NCBI RefSeq assembly: GCF_001194135.2
Contig: NC_068991.1
Location: forward strand, 25,203,719-25,267,718
Length of the DNA stretch: 64,000 nucleotides
Direction of reading: 5' to 3'
Origin: Octopus bimaculoides
Taxonomy: Eukaryota
The position numbers and the translations under genes were made by a program. Each line of letters opens with the position of its first letter. The first letter of the stretch is position 1. Below the pieces are notes generated by a model that searched no databases, was not told the origin of the DNA, and saw nothing but the letters and a program-made list of their open reading frames with translations. Shown here piece by piece: positions 11,691 to 23,706 of this stretch.

Positions 11691-11962
11691 CAGAAAGATA
11701 TAGAAATTGAATAATAGAGAATTAGGAGTAGTAGTTGTAGGAAGAGGAGAAGAGAATTAAGAGGGAGAAAGAAAAATGATTATAGAAAAGGTGAACGGGC
11801 ATCAGTAGAAAGATAATAATGCTTTCAGATTTTGGCAGAAGACGAGAAATTTTAGGTGGTTGGTGTTTTGTTGATCAATTTGAGTACTTGACTGGTGTTT
11901 TATTGTATTCATTCCGAAACAATAAAAGGAAACGTTGACCTCGGTGAGATCTTAGCTAAGGA

Positions 11963-12100
11963 GATAGGCGCCGTCTTGGCTATGTGTTAAGAAACTTGCT
12001 TTCCAATCACATGGGTTCAGGTTCAGTCCCATTGCGTGGCACCTTGGGCAAGTGTCTTTTACTATTGCTCCAGACTGACGAAAGTCTGTGAGTGGAGTGA
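11963..12100 (+). mobile_element. SINE family C head
   Basis: GGTTCAGTCCC...GGCACCTTGGGCAAGTGTC. Confidence 0.75.
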
Positions 12101-12274
12101 TGTATGTATGTATGCATGTATGTATATATATCATTAAATCCCTGAGTGAGAAGTAAACAGTAGCAGTCCGGAATCGTAAAATACAATTGCCAACTAGATG
12201 TAGTGGCCCCATGGAGGACGATGCTACTGTTGTTTTTATCTCTACCAAAGCTGGTACTCTTTCAGTACCATCAT

Positions 12275-12312
<38 letters not shown>

Positions 12313-13216
12313 NNNNNNNNNNNNNNNNNNNNNNNNNNNNNNNNNNNNNNNNNNNNNNNNNNNNNNNNNNNNNNNNNNNNNNNNNNNNNNNNNNNNNNNN
12401 NNNNNNNNNNNNNNNNNNNNNNNNNNNNNNNNNNNNNNNNNNNNNNNNNNNNNNNNNNNNNNNNNNNNNNNNNNNNNNNNNNNNNNNNNNNNNNNNNNNN
12501 NNNNNNNNNNNNNNNNNNNNNNNNNNNNNNNNNNNNNNNNNNNNNNNNNNNNNNNNNNNNNNNNNNNNNNNNNNNNNNNNNNNNNNNNNNNNNNNNNNNN
12601 NNNNNNNNNNNNNNNNNNNNNNNNNNNNNNNNNNNNNNNNNNNNNNNNNNNNNNNNNNNNNNNNNNNNNNNNNNNNNNNNNNNNNNNNNNNNNNNNNNNN
12701 NNNNNNNNNNNNNNNNNNNNNNNNNNNNNNNNNNNNNNNNNNNNNNNNNNNNNNNNNNNNNNNNNNNNNNNNNNNNNNNNNNNNNNNNNNNNNNNNNNNN
12801 NNNNNNNNNNNNNNNNNNNNNNNNNNNNNNNNNNNNNNNNNNNNNNNNNNNNNNNNNNNNNNNNNNNNNNNNNNNNNNNNNNNNNNNNNNNNNNNNNNNN
12901 NNNNNNNNNNNNNNNNNNNNNNNNNNNNNNNNNNNNNNNNNNNNNNNNNNNNNNNNNNNNNNNNNNNNNNNNNNNNNNNNNNNNNNNNNNNNNNNNNNNN
13001 NNNNNNNNNNNNNNNNNNNNNNNNNNNNNNNNNNNNNNNNNNNNNNNNNNNNNNNNNNNNNNNNNNNNNNNNNNNNNNNNNNNNNNNNNNNNNNNNNNNN
13101 NNNNNNNNNNNNNNNNNNNNNNNNNNNNNNNNNNNNNNNNNNNNNNNNNNNNNNNNNGTGCGTGTGTGTGCATATGTGTGTGTATGTGTGTGTATGTGTG
13201 TGTATGTCTGTGTGTA

Positions 13217-13340
13217 TTGTCCCCCTCACCACTTGACAATCGGTGTTGGTTTGTGTATGTCCCTGTAATTTAACGGTTCAGCTAAAAAAAAAAATGCATT
13301 CGATTCATTCAACTAAAAACACTTCAAGACGGTGCCCCAA
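13217..13340 (+). mobile_element. SINE family C 3' part
   Basis: CACCACTTGACAATCGGTGTTGG...CCCTGTAATTTAACGGTTC matches 36760-36850. Confidence 0.65.
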
Positions 13341-13349
13341 GAAAATAAA

Positions 13350-13570
13350 AATAACGGTTTCAAATTTTGGCACAACGCCAGCAATTTCGGGAGAGAGGTC
13401 AATTCGATTATATCGACCCTAGTACTCAACTGGTCCTTGTTTTAACGAGCTCGATATGCTGAAAGGCACACTCGACTTCAGTGGTATTTGAACTCAGAAC
13501 ATAAAGACGGACAAAATGCTGCTGAACATTTTGTCCGGCATGCTAATGATTCTACTAGCTCATCGCCTTA
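13350..13570 (-). mobile_element. SINE family A
   Basis: Family head, core and tail. Confidence 0.85.
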
Positions 13571-14231
13571 TATATAATAATAATGGAAATGTTATGTTAT
13601 AGTGATATTTGAGATGTACAAAGAATTGGTTCCTTGGCTCATTTTACATGCATTTTCTTGTTTTTGTTTCCCATCCATATCTGTTTTTCTCATTATTCTT
13701 AAAATAAGAAAAAAAAAAAGAAAGAAATACAAATACAAAAATAGATGTAATTATTGTTGCTGTAAAAAAGAAAAAAAAAAGAGGAAAACGGCTCTGACAG
13801 GGCAGGAGCGGGACAGGGCGGAAGACTGACCAGTAAATGATAAATCAGAGAATTATGAGCTTGATTAGGAAGTAATTTTCTTACAATGCTTACTGATTGG
13901 CTGTTTTGTCCCAAGCCCCTATTTGCCTGAATGCGACCGCACGCATGTGTATGAGTGTTGGTATATTTGTGTGTGCAGATGTGAGTTTGGTGTTGAGTCT
14001 GCGTTTGTGTGTATGTCTGTGTGTGTGTGTGTTTTGTTGCCAATGTGTGTTTACATGTGTTTGTGTGGGTATTTTGGTGGGTGTATTTGTGTCTGTGCTT
14101 TTTGTGTTTTGGTGTTTGTATTTATGCCTGCATGTCTGTGTTTATGAATGTGTATGTATCTGTGTGTATATAAATGTGTGTTGTTATCACTATGTCAATA
14201 TGGAATACACAAACAAAAATGTCCCTTCTTG

Positions 14232-14460
14232 TTTGATTTGACTTGCTAAAAATAGCAAATAGATCTCCCTCAAAACACATCTACTGTCAAAAATGAAGAC
14301 AGATTAGAAACTATAGCGCCTTAAATATATACACACAAAATGTGCAACAGAAACAAACGAGAAACAGAGAGCAAAAGAAAACGGGATCACAGCAGCTACT
14401 AGAAGCTCTTTAGCCATAGGTCAGTTGGATCAAGACTGGCCAGGAACTACTTAACGGCTA
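14232..14460 (+). repeat. Old unclassified interspersed repeat (family E)
   Basis: GCTAAAAATAGCAAATAGATCTCCCTCAAA-like segment recurs at about 21320 (+), 21690-21810 (-), 28215-28435 (+) and 49180 (-). Confidence 0.5.
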
Positions 14461-14899
14461 CATACGAATAACAGCAGCACAGAGCAGCCAAAAGTAAAAG
14501 TAAAAGTAGAAGTAGCATTTGATCAGTAAACAAGGCAGAATAAATGAAACGATATAACAAAGTAATATCTGAAACATTAGATGTAATCTCTGGTGTTATT
14601 TAAATCTACTTTACTGTGTGAAACATTGGCAATGTAATTCACATTATCAATTGCATGTCTCTACAGGTTTCCAATCTATTACAATCGTACATGTTTTCCG
14701 GAGAAAGGCCAGTAGCCTTATTAGTAGACTAGATTTGTTATTCGATGGGTTTCAGAGTTCGCACATTTGTTAGTGTTGTTGTTGATCTCGCTTTTTACCG
14801 CCGCTGTCGTCGTCGCCGTCGTTCTTGAGAACGCCAATCCTACTCGAATCGGTTCTATGATAAAATGCATATCAACTATGAGCTCTTCATGTTTTCAAA

Positions 14900-15274
14900 C
14901 ATGGTATACAGCTAGCGCTCACGTAGTATGCAATTAGCGGTCACGTGGTATATAGCAAACGTTAGTGGTCAGTCAGTATTGAGCCAGCGGTGACATGGTG
15001 TACAGCTAGTGGTCAGATGATGCACAGCCAGTGGTCACATGGTATATAGCAAACGCTCATATGGTGTTCAGCATCGAACACATGGGATACAGCTAAGACA
15101 TACATGCTAGAAACCTAGCGGTGACATGGAGCACAGCTAGCGGTCACATGGTATACAACTAGCAATCATGTGATATGCAGTTAGTATCATGTGGTATACA
15201 GTGGTCACGTAGTATACAGCTAGTGGTCATACTGTATTCAGATAATGCTTACATAAGACAGAGTTAGCGGTTAC
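14900..15274. repeat. Degenerate 22-bp minisatellite (consensus about TATACAGCTAGCGGTCACATGG)
   Basis: Recurring GCTAG(C/T)GGTCAC units at about 22-bp spacing. Confidence 0.8.
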
Positions 15275-15583
15275 TTCTAAATATGTAATATGCTCTCACT
15301 AATTGTTTTAGAAGGTTAATTAGTGGCCAACAGACATACGAACCCTCTCCGTCCTTATACACTTAAAATATAATAGGGCTACAATGAAAGCCAGTATCCT
15401 TACCGCACACAACGCTCCTCTAGTCAGAGAAGTGAACCCATCAAATTATGATCATTAACCAAACAGCATAGCCACTTGGGCGCGCCCTTTCACTCAAACA
15501 TAATGTACCTCAACCTTTAAAAACAAAATAGCTGCTATCATTAGCATGTCGAGTATTCATATCGTGTAAAATAAGAACATCTA

Positions 15584-16030
15584 TCTATGTTTAGCCCCTT
15601 GTGGGTAATAAAAAAATAAGAAACGTTAGCACGCTGGGCGAAATGCTTAGCGATGTTTCGTCTATCTTTACGTTCTGAGTTCAAATTTCGCCGAGGTCGA
15701 CTTTGCCTTTCATCCTTTCGGGGTTGATAAATTAAGTACTAGTTAAGCACTGGGGCGATGTAATCGACTTAATCCCTTTTTCTGTCCTTGTTTGTCCCCT
15801 CTATGTTTAGCCCCTTGTGGGTAATAAAAAAATAAGAAACGTTAGCACGCCGTGCGAAATGTTTAGCGATGTTTCGTCTATCTTTACGTTCTAAGTTCAA
15901 ATTCCGCCGATGTCGACTTTGCCTTTCATCTTTTCGGAGTCGATAAATTAAGTACCAGTTGCGTACTGGGGGTTGATCTAATCGACTGGCTTCCCTGCCC
16001 CAAAATTTCGGGGCTTCTGCCTAGAGCAAA
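15584..16030 (+). mobile_element. Head-to-tail tandem of SINE family A (216-bp period)
   Basis: Tail-to-head junction AATAAGAAACGTTAGCACG occurs at 15615 and 15831. Confidence 0.9.
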
Positions 16031-17139
16031 AAAGAAAAAGAAAAAAAGAAAAAAGNNNNNNNNNNNNNNNNNNNNNNNNNNNNNNNNNNNNNNNNNNNNN
16101 NNNNNNNNNNNNNNNNNNNNNNNNNNNNNNNNNNNNNNNNNNNNNNNNNNNNNNNNNNNNNNNNNNNNNNNNNNNNNNNNNNNNNNNNNNNNNNNNNNNN
16201 NNNNNNNNNNNNNNNNNNNNNNNNNNNNNNNNNNNNNNNNNNNNNNNNNNNNNNNNNNNNNNNNNNNNNNNNNNNNNNNNNNNNNNNNNNNNNNNNNNNN
16301 NNNNNNNNNNNNNNNNNNNNNNNNNNNNNNNNNNNNNNNNNNNNNNNNNNNNNNNNNNNNNNNNNNNNNNNNNNNNNNNNNNNNNNNNNNNNNNNNNNNN
16401 NNNNNNNNNNNNNNNNNNNNNNNNNNNNNNNNNNNNNNNNNNNNNNNNNNNNNNNNNNNNNNNNNNNNNNNNNNNNNNNNNNNNNNNNNNNNNNNNNNNN
16501 NNNNNNNNNNNNNNNNNNNNNNNNNNNNNNNNNNNNNNNNNNNNNNNNNNNNNNNNNNNNNNNNNNNNNNNNNNNNNNNNNNNNNNNNNNNNNNNNNNNN
16601 NNNNNNNNNNNNNNNNNNNNNNNNNNNNNNNNNNNNNNNNNNNNNNNNNNNNNNNNNNNNNNNNNNNNNNNNNNNNNNNNNNNNNNNNNNNNNNNNNNNN
16701 NNNNNNNNNNNNNNNNNNNNNNNNNNNNNNNNNNNNNNNNNNNNNNNNNNNNNNNNNNNNNNNNNNNNNNNNNNNNNNNNNNNNNNNNNNNNNNNNNNNN
16801 NNNNNNNNNNNNNNNNNNNNNNNNNNNNNNNNNNNNNNNNNNNNNNNNNNNTACATCATAACACTTTTTCTCTCCAATTTAGAGAGCGACTCCACAGCAG
16901 ACATATCTGTAAATATTCTCCCATGTTATTTTCTATTCAGTTCTTATCTTATCTTAGAGATTTCCTACTGACATGTTCACTATTTCAACGTGATGGAAGA
17001 CACATACTCCCTTGCTAATGTACATCCGTACACCGACCTTCACACGCTTAGGCAGAAAGAGAGAGAGAGGGGGGGAGAGAGGGGGAGAGAGAGAGGGAGA
17101 GAGAGAGAGAGGGGGAGAGAGAGAAAGAAAATGGGAGAG

Positions 17140-17170
<31 letters not shown>

Positions 17171-17494
17171 TACAAGCACAGAAAGGGAGAAGACTAAAAG
17201 TGGGAAAGAGAGTAAAAGAGAGAGAAAGAAAGAAAGAGAAAAAGAAAGAGAGATACATGTACGCACTCGTATACATTGACACACATGCATCGGGCGGTGC
17301 TTCACCATGGTCTTAGTGACGAAACCTCCAAGAAAGTGAATGTAAGCCGTGTAGTTACATGTGTGCGCGTGCATATATATTGTATTGATATATGTGAATA
17401 TATAATTAATTACTTGCATGATCCAATTGAATCGAGATACTTTAATAATAAATGCACCAAATTAGGATCAAGAACAACCTACCCGTGTAACTGT

Positions 17495-17740
17495 GGAGGC
17501 ACGTGGCTAAGTGGTAAGGGTGTTGGACTCATGATTGTAAGATTGCAGTTTCGATTCTTGGACCGGGCGACGCGTTGTGTTCTTGAGAAAAACACTTCAT
17601 TTCACGTTGGTCCAATCCACTCAGCTGGCAAAAATGAGCAATCTTGCGACGGCTCGGTGTCCCGTTCAGGTGGGGAATATATACACCATGGAAACCGAGA
17701 AATTGGCCCTAAAGAGTCAGTATGACTCGAGAAGGCAACT
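17495..17740 (+). mobile_element. SINE family D
   Basis: GAGGCACGTGGCTAAGTGG...TTCGATTC...TTGAGAAAAACACTT. Confidence 0.8.
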
Positions 17741-17782
17741 AAATCCGTGTAGCAAGAGTATATGTGGACACTCATGCATATA

Positions 17783-18015
17783 TTTATTCCTTTATTGCCC
17801 AAAGGGGGCTAAACATAGAGGGGACAAACAAGGACAGATAAAGGGTTTCAGTCGATTACATCGACCCCAGTGCGTAGCTGGTACTTATTTAATCGACCCC
17901 GAAAGGATGAAAGGCAAAGTCGACCTCGGCGGAATTTGAACTCAGAACGTAACGGCAGACGAAATACCGCTAGGCATTTCGCCCGGCGTGCTAACGATTC
18001 TGTCAGCTCGCCGAC
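17783..18015 (-). mobile_element. SINE family A, young
   Basis: Closely matches the copy at 4813-5043. Confidence 0.92.
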
Positions 18016-18220
18016 ACTCACGCATATATTAATATACATACGGACTCGTCTTGCCACTTACATACACATGCACATGAACACTTCTCTTATACTCATCGAT
18101 GTAAATATCCTTGTATATATAAAATCATATACAGACGTACTCCGTTATGCAGCATCACGGTCCACTTTAAGTTCTATGTCCAAAGTACGGAAAGTTCCAG
18201 GTGTCGTGTAAAATAAGAAC

Positions 18221-18260
<40 letters not shown>

Positions 18261-18371
18261 ATCTATCTGTACTGAGAGAAGTGGTGGGGACATAAAACAC
18301 AATACTTTACTTTAAAAAAGTTCGCTCAATCGTTAAATGTATAAGTTAATAATTGTATTAGGTAAGTACAA

Positions 18372-18590
18372 AAAGGTGGTGAGCTGGCAGAATCGTTTGC
18401 ACGCCGGGCAAAATGTTTAGCGGTATTTTGTCCAGCATTACATTCTGAGTTCAAATTGCGTCGAAGTCGACTTTACCTTTCGATCTTTCAGACTCGATAA
18501 AGTAGGTACCAGTTGAGGACTGAAGTCGGTGTAACTGACCTACTCGCATCCCCGAAATTGCTGGTCTTGTGTCAAGATCTAAAACGAATT
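18372..18590 (+). mobile_element. SINE family A, diverged
   Basis: Head, B-box and core. Confidence 0.8.
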
Positions 18591-19770
18591 GTAAGAAGCT
18601 TAAATCACTGGATAGAAATTAATCAGAAATATGTAAAATATGTATTGGGGTAAGATGCAATAATGTTGGAATATATGGAACTATTGAAGATACCACTAGT
18701 TGGAATTGAAGGTGGTGGATATTATTAGCAGGTATCAGTAGATAATTAGGGGTAATGAGCACCTAGCATTGCACCTAAGGGACTAATTAATCCCCTGATC
18801 CACGAGTGATTGCTCCCTAATCACCTTCATTTTAAACGTGTGTAGCTTTCAGATATTCCTCAATCTCATATTTTCTTCCCTCATCAGCTGCACTCTCGAT
18901 ACTCCGTCACCTACCTTATCCCACTTAATATCAGGTTAATTAAATATTACTAACTATTAACTCTGTCATCTGCCTGTCTATTTAGTTAATCTTTTCACTT
19001 ACTGATTTATTCATTCGTCCATTTATCCATTTAGTTAATCTAAGTTAAACTTCCTCATAAATACATCCGATAAATAACACCTATCCTCTCTCTCCATTTG
19101 TGTTATTCAACTATTTTCCAAAGCGTTATTGCGACGATTTTTGGTGTTTTTCGTCTTATTTCCTCATCTTGTTTAACTAGCTTAGCTTATATTTGCACGT
19201 TATTCTATAACCACCGTCTGTTTCTTTATGAGTCTTTCTTTCTCTCTCCCCCTCTCTCACTTTCTCTCCCCCTCTCTCACTCTCTCTCCCCCTCTCTCAC
19301 TCTCTCCCCCTCTCTCCCTCTCTCTCTCCCTCTCTCNNNNNNNNNNNNNNNNNNNNNNNNNNNNNNNNNNNNNNNNNNNNNNNNNNNNNNNNNNNNNNNN
19401 NNNNNNNNNNNNNNNNNNNNNNNNNNNNNNNNNNNNNNNNNNNNNNNNNNNNNNNNNNNNNNNNNNNNNNNNNNNNNNNNNNNNNNNNNNNNNNNNNNNN
19501 NNNNNNNNNNNNNNNNNNNNNNNNNNNNNNNNNNNNNNNNNNNNNNNNNNNNNNNNNNNNNNNNNNNNNNNNNNNNNNNNNNNNNNNNNNNNNNNNNNNN
19601 NNNNNNNNNNNNNNNNNNNNNNNNNNNNNNNNNNNNNNNNNNNNNNNNNNNNNNNNNNNNNNNNNNNNNNNNNNNNNNNNNNNNNNNNNNNNNNNNNNNN
19701 NNNNNNNNNNNNNNNNNNNNNNNNNNNNNNNNNNNNNNNNNNNNNNNNNNNNNNNNNNNNNNNNNNNNNN

Positions 19771-19870
19771 AGTATAACGCTCGGGAATTGAAAATGTATT
19801 TAACGTTTCGAGCCTACACTCTTCCACAGAAAGGAACACAAAAAGAAACAAGGAGAGAAAAAATGTGTGT
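19771..19870 (-). mobile_element. Penelope-like terminal fragment with hammerhead-like motif
   Basis: Minus strand CTGTGGA-A-GAGT(GTAG)GCTC-GAAACGTT-AAA. Confidence 0.55.
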
Positions 19871-19895
19871 AGTGGTCAGCGATCTATCATGGCGA

Positions 19896-19931
<36 letters not shown>

Positions 19932-20217
19932 GCATATTTGGATCTTTCTTCGCATTTATAGCAAACCTAGACATTAACCGTGAACTATAAAAAAACTTTT
20001 TTCAGTTTTCGAACTTTGATATGGGAAAAAACTACAACCCTCTCCGCCAATAAACTATTATTGTTTCTGAAAGTTGTATTTTTTATTCTTATTACGGACT
20101 GCTCGATGCTTATTAACTTCCTACACCTAGATCCTTGGATCTTACAATTACACATCATTACATTCATACATACATACATACATACACACACACGCACACA
20201 CACACACACATATATAA

Positions 20218-20254
<37 letters not shown>

Positions 20255-20320
20255 AATGCACACTAGCTTCGCTTCCGCACACGTTCAATGTCATAAACCT
20301 ACCATACGGGGCCAGAAAAA

Positions 20321-21059
20321 TCGTGCGCGGACAAGATGACAAATGCACTTTTGCCGAAAGACAAGAGACCGAATCCAAGAAGCCGAACAGACACGATGCC
20401 GAACGGACAAAAAGCCGAACGGACAGAATAATAATAATAATAATAAATTCCTACCTACATAGTTTAATGGCCATTTTAGTCTGTCAAACAGTCGTTGTTG
20501 TTGTTGGCACTCCGTCGCTTACGACGTCGAGGGTTCCAGGTGATCCGATCAACGGAACAGCCTGCTCGTGAAATTAACGTGCAAGTGGCTGAGCACTCCA
20601 CATACACGTGTACCTTTAATGTAGTTCTCGGGGATATTCAGCGTGACACAGTGTGACAAGGCTGGCCCTTTGAAATACAGGTACAACAGAAACAGGAAGT
20701 AAAAGTGAGAGAAAGTTGTGGTGGAAGAGTACAGAAGGGTTCGCCACCATCCCCTGCCGGAGCCTCGTGGAGCTTTAGGTGTTTTCGGTCAATAAACACT
20801 CACAACGCCCGGTCTGGGAATCGAAACCGCGATCCTATGATCGCGAGTCCACTGCCCTAACCACTGGGCCATTGCGCCTCCACGTCAAACGGTCACATTG
20901 TAGGAATAAAACGATTATCATATATTTTAATTCTCGTATGTCTTTTCGGCTTCTTGGCCGTTCGGCTTTATATCCGTTCGGCATTGTGTCTGTTCGGCTC
21001 CTTGGCTTCGGCTTCTTGTCCTTCGGCAAACGTGCATTTGGCATCCCGTCCGTGTACCA
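20321..21059. mobile_element. Foldback element with GCCGAA-repeat TIRs, interrupted by a SINE
   Basis: 20321-20427 is the reverse complement of 20937-21059 (roughly 80% by eye); CCAGAAAAA occurs at 20312-20320 and 21057-21065. Confidence 0.8.
20494..20883 (-). mobile_element. SINE family B, full length
   Basis: TSD GTCAAAC(A/G)GTC at 20483-20493 and 20884-20894. Confidence 0.95.
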
Positions 21060-22029
21060 GAAAAATTAATCATACCTTGAGTTCCAAGTCTTTTCAAAAC
21101 AACACCCAATGACCTGAGGCCGTTGAACAACAGATTTGACTTTCAAGCTGACTCTAATTTTATATACGTTTATGCACCCTACTCTGAATACAGCTATATC
21201 TGTCGGAGAAAAAGGAAAAGGGGAGGTCACTCAATTTAGGCGACGAGAAGGCTGAGTCAATCAATTCTCTCACCAGAAAAATATCCTTTGATAATGATAA
21301 CATACCAACAAGTGGTGGCTCTCTACGTAGTCGCTTTACTTACTAGAAATAACTATCTAATATCCATCCAATCACTGCTAAAATGAGATATATTGGATAA
21401 TATAATCTTGGATATCCAGGGTTAGAAATATAGATAGAATTGTCACTGTGTGGAGGTTTTCTTTGAGACATTGTCTAACCAGAATTTTATTATTCCAATA
21501 CAACCCCGAATGTTTTTTAGGATTTCAGGAAAATTTGACTATTAGTTCAGATTTCTCGTTAATTGTTATGCATGTGTGTATGTGGTATGGTTGGAATTAG
21601 AACCTTTTGTGAACCTGACGTTAAATGTTCAAATATGTTATTCTTATTCCTAACAGGTCAAAAGTATGATCAAATACATTTGAGCCACGACGTTCTCGCT
21701 TTTCCACTTATTAGAAACTGCATTGTCCAATGTGCCCTTTTTTGTAGAAATGGTATGGTATGATTTTAGGGAGATTCCACTGTTATTTCTAGCAAACCGA
21801 TCAGTCACTTCGAGACATCTTTCATTCGAGGTTTCGAGTGCAGAAGTGATTGGCGTTGAGGGGCAAAACTGGGGAAATGTTTATAAACATATGTACTAGG
21901 GCGATAACAGGAAAGTTCATTAGGTACACGGTTCCGGGTGGGGCACAACTCCTTGAATTCTAAGAGTACCTCTCGGAATTCAAAGGCATTTTTGGGTCGT
22001 CTTTGGCAATTTTTTGTCAAAGTCATTGG

Positions 22030-22460
22030 GTATGTGTCTGTGTGTGAGAGTGTGTATAAGTGTGTATATGTCAGTACGTTGTGTTAGGTTGTGTGTTAGT
22101 GTGTGTGAGTGTGCGTCTATTAGTGTGTGTAAGTGTGTGAGTGTGTGTGTGAGTGAGTGTGAGCTTGTGTGCGTGTATTCGTGTGATTGTTTGCGCTTGA
22201 GGGTGTATGTGAGTGTGTGTAGGAGTTTGTGAGTGAGTATCAGTGTGCGTGAGAGTGTGTGGGAGAGTGTGTGGGAGAGTGTTTGTGTGTGTATGTGTGA
22301 ATGCACATGCATGTGTATATGTATGTGTGATGTGAATGTGCATAGGTATGTGGAGTGCGTGGTGTGTGCGTGTTTCAGTGTGTTTGAGTGCGTGCGTGTG
22401 GTGTGCATCTATGTACACCATCTGTGTGATGTTTGTTTGTGACGTGTTGGGTTGTGCCTG
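22030..22460. repeat. GT-rich degenerate dinucleotide tract (similar tracts at 13940-14180 and 25000-25420)
   Basis: Direct inspection. Confidence 0.9.
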
Positions 22461-23271
22461 TGAGTGTATCAAGAATAAAGTGAAAGAATGTTTAATGAAG
22501 AACTGAATGTATAGAATTATGATGGCTGCCGTTATAATTAGCAGCGAAAGTTCGCAAACGTATGAACATGTTTGAGAGAAGCTGCAAGAATGAATGAATG
22601 TATGTTACGTGTGTACGCGCGCGCGACACACACACACGCACATAGATGGACACAGGTACATACATATATATAGGTGTATATAGATGAATGAATAGATACG
22701 AAGATACACACACACCCATATATTTACATGTGTGTGGGTGCATATGTATGTAGGTATGTATATGTGTCTGCGACTGTATGGATGCACATACACACACACA
22801 CACATATCAAACTGATGTTCAAAATAAAGACCACAAAATAACTACATTTGGTTTATTTATAAATCAGCAAAAATAAGATAAAACTAATTATCAAAATTTA
22901 GCAATAAAAAGAAAAAGAAAAAAAGACAAGGAGTTTCATTAAAATGTAAACACGCAGTGAAACCTGCTCACGTGACAACAAACGTAAATATGTATGGCGG
23001 CTCGTTCAGCGGAACGAAAAAGTCATGTAAATTGATGGCGCTAGCTACATATAATTACCAGAAGTAAATAACTGATAAAATATGGCGACATTTAACATAA
23101 ATCAGTCTTTCTATCGTTCAAATATACCTTCTCTATTTCTTATTAATATCTCTTTTATCATTTGTCCTCCTTATTTGCCTATAGGTATATATGTGTGTGA
23201 GTTTTTGTTTGTGCGCATACACTCACGCAAACCTTACGTGGTGCGCGCGCGCGCACACACGCACACACACA

Positions 23272-23308
<37 letters not shown>

Positions 23309-23406
23309 GTGTTTATATGCAAGTATATTACAAATAAGTATGTATATGTAAACATATATATATATATATATATAGCGGTGTACGTACACTTTTGGTCTCC
23401 TGCATG

Positions 23407-23440
<34 letters not shown>

Positions 23441-23484
23441 TGTATGTATGTATGTATGTATGTATATATGTATGTATGTATGTA

Positions 23485-23533
<49 letters not shown>

Positions 23534-23672
23534 AGAGAAAAACGCATAGTAAATACACAAATGGAGGATAAAAACGTATAACGTCTATTGAGTGCACAAA
23601 CGGACGGAAGATAGTCACAGAAGGTCCCTAATTCGTCATCAGTTATCAACCAGATGGTATTACTCAGTTTCG

Positions 23673-23702
<30 letters not shown>

Positions 23703-23706
<4 letters not shown>

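Noticed and set aside
13780-13920. GC-box and CCAAT-like words suggesting a promoter
   Set aside because: Short common motifs with no adjacent gene or other support.
21805-22026. 73-aa ORF, and the similar 24837-25124 ORF
   Set aside because: No recognisable domain; they start in microsatellite or overlap old repeat sequence and show no splice support.
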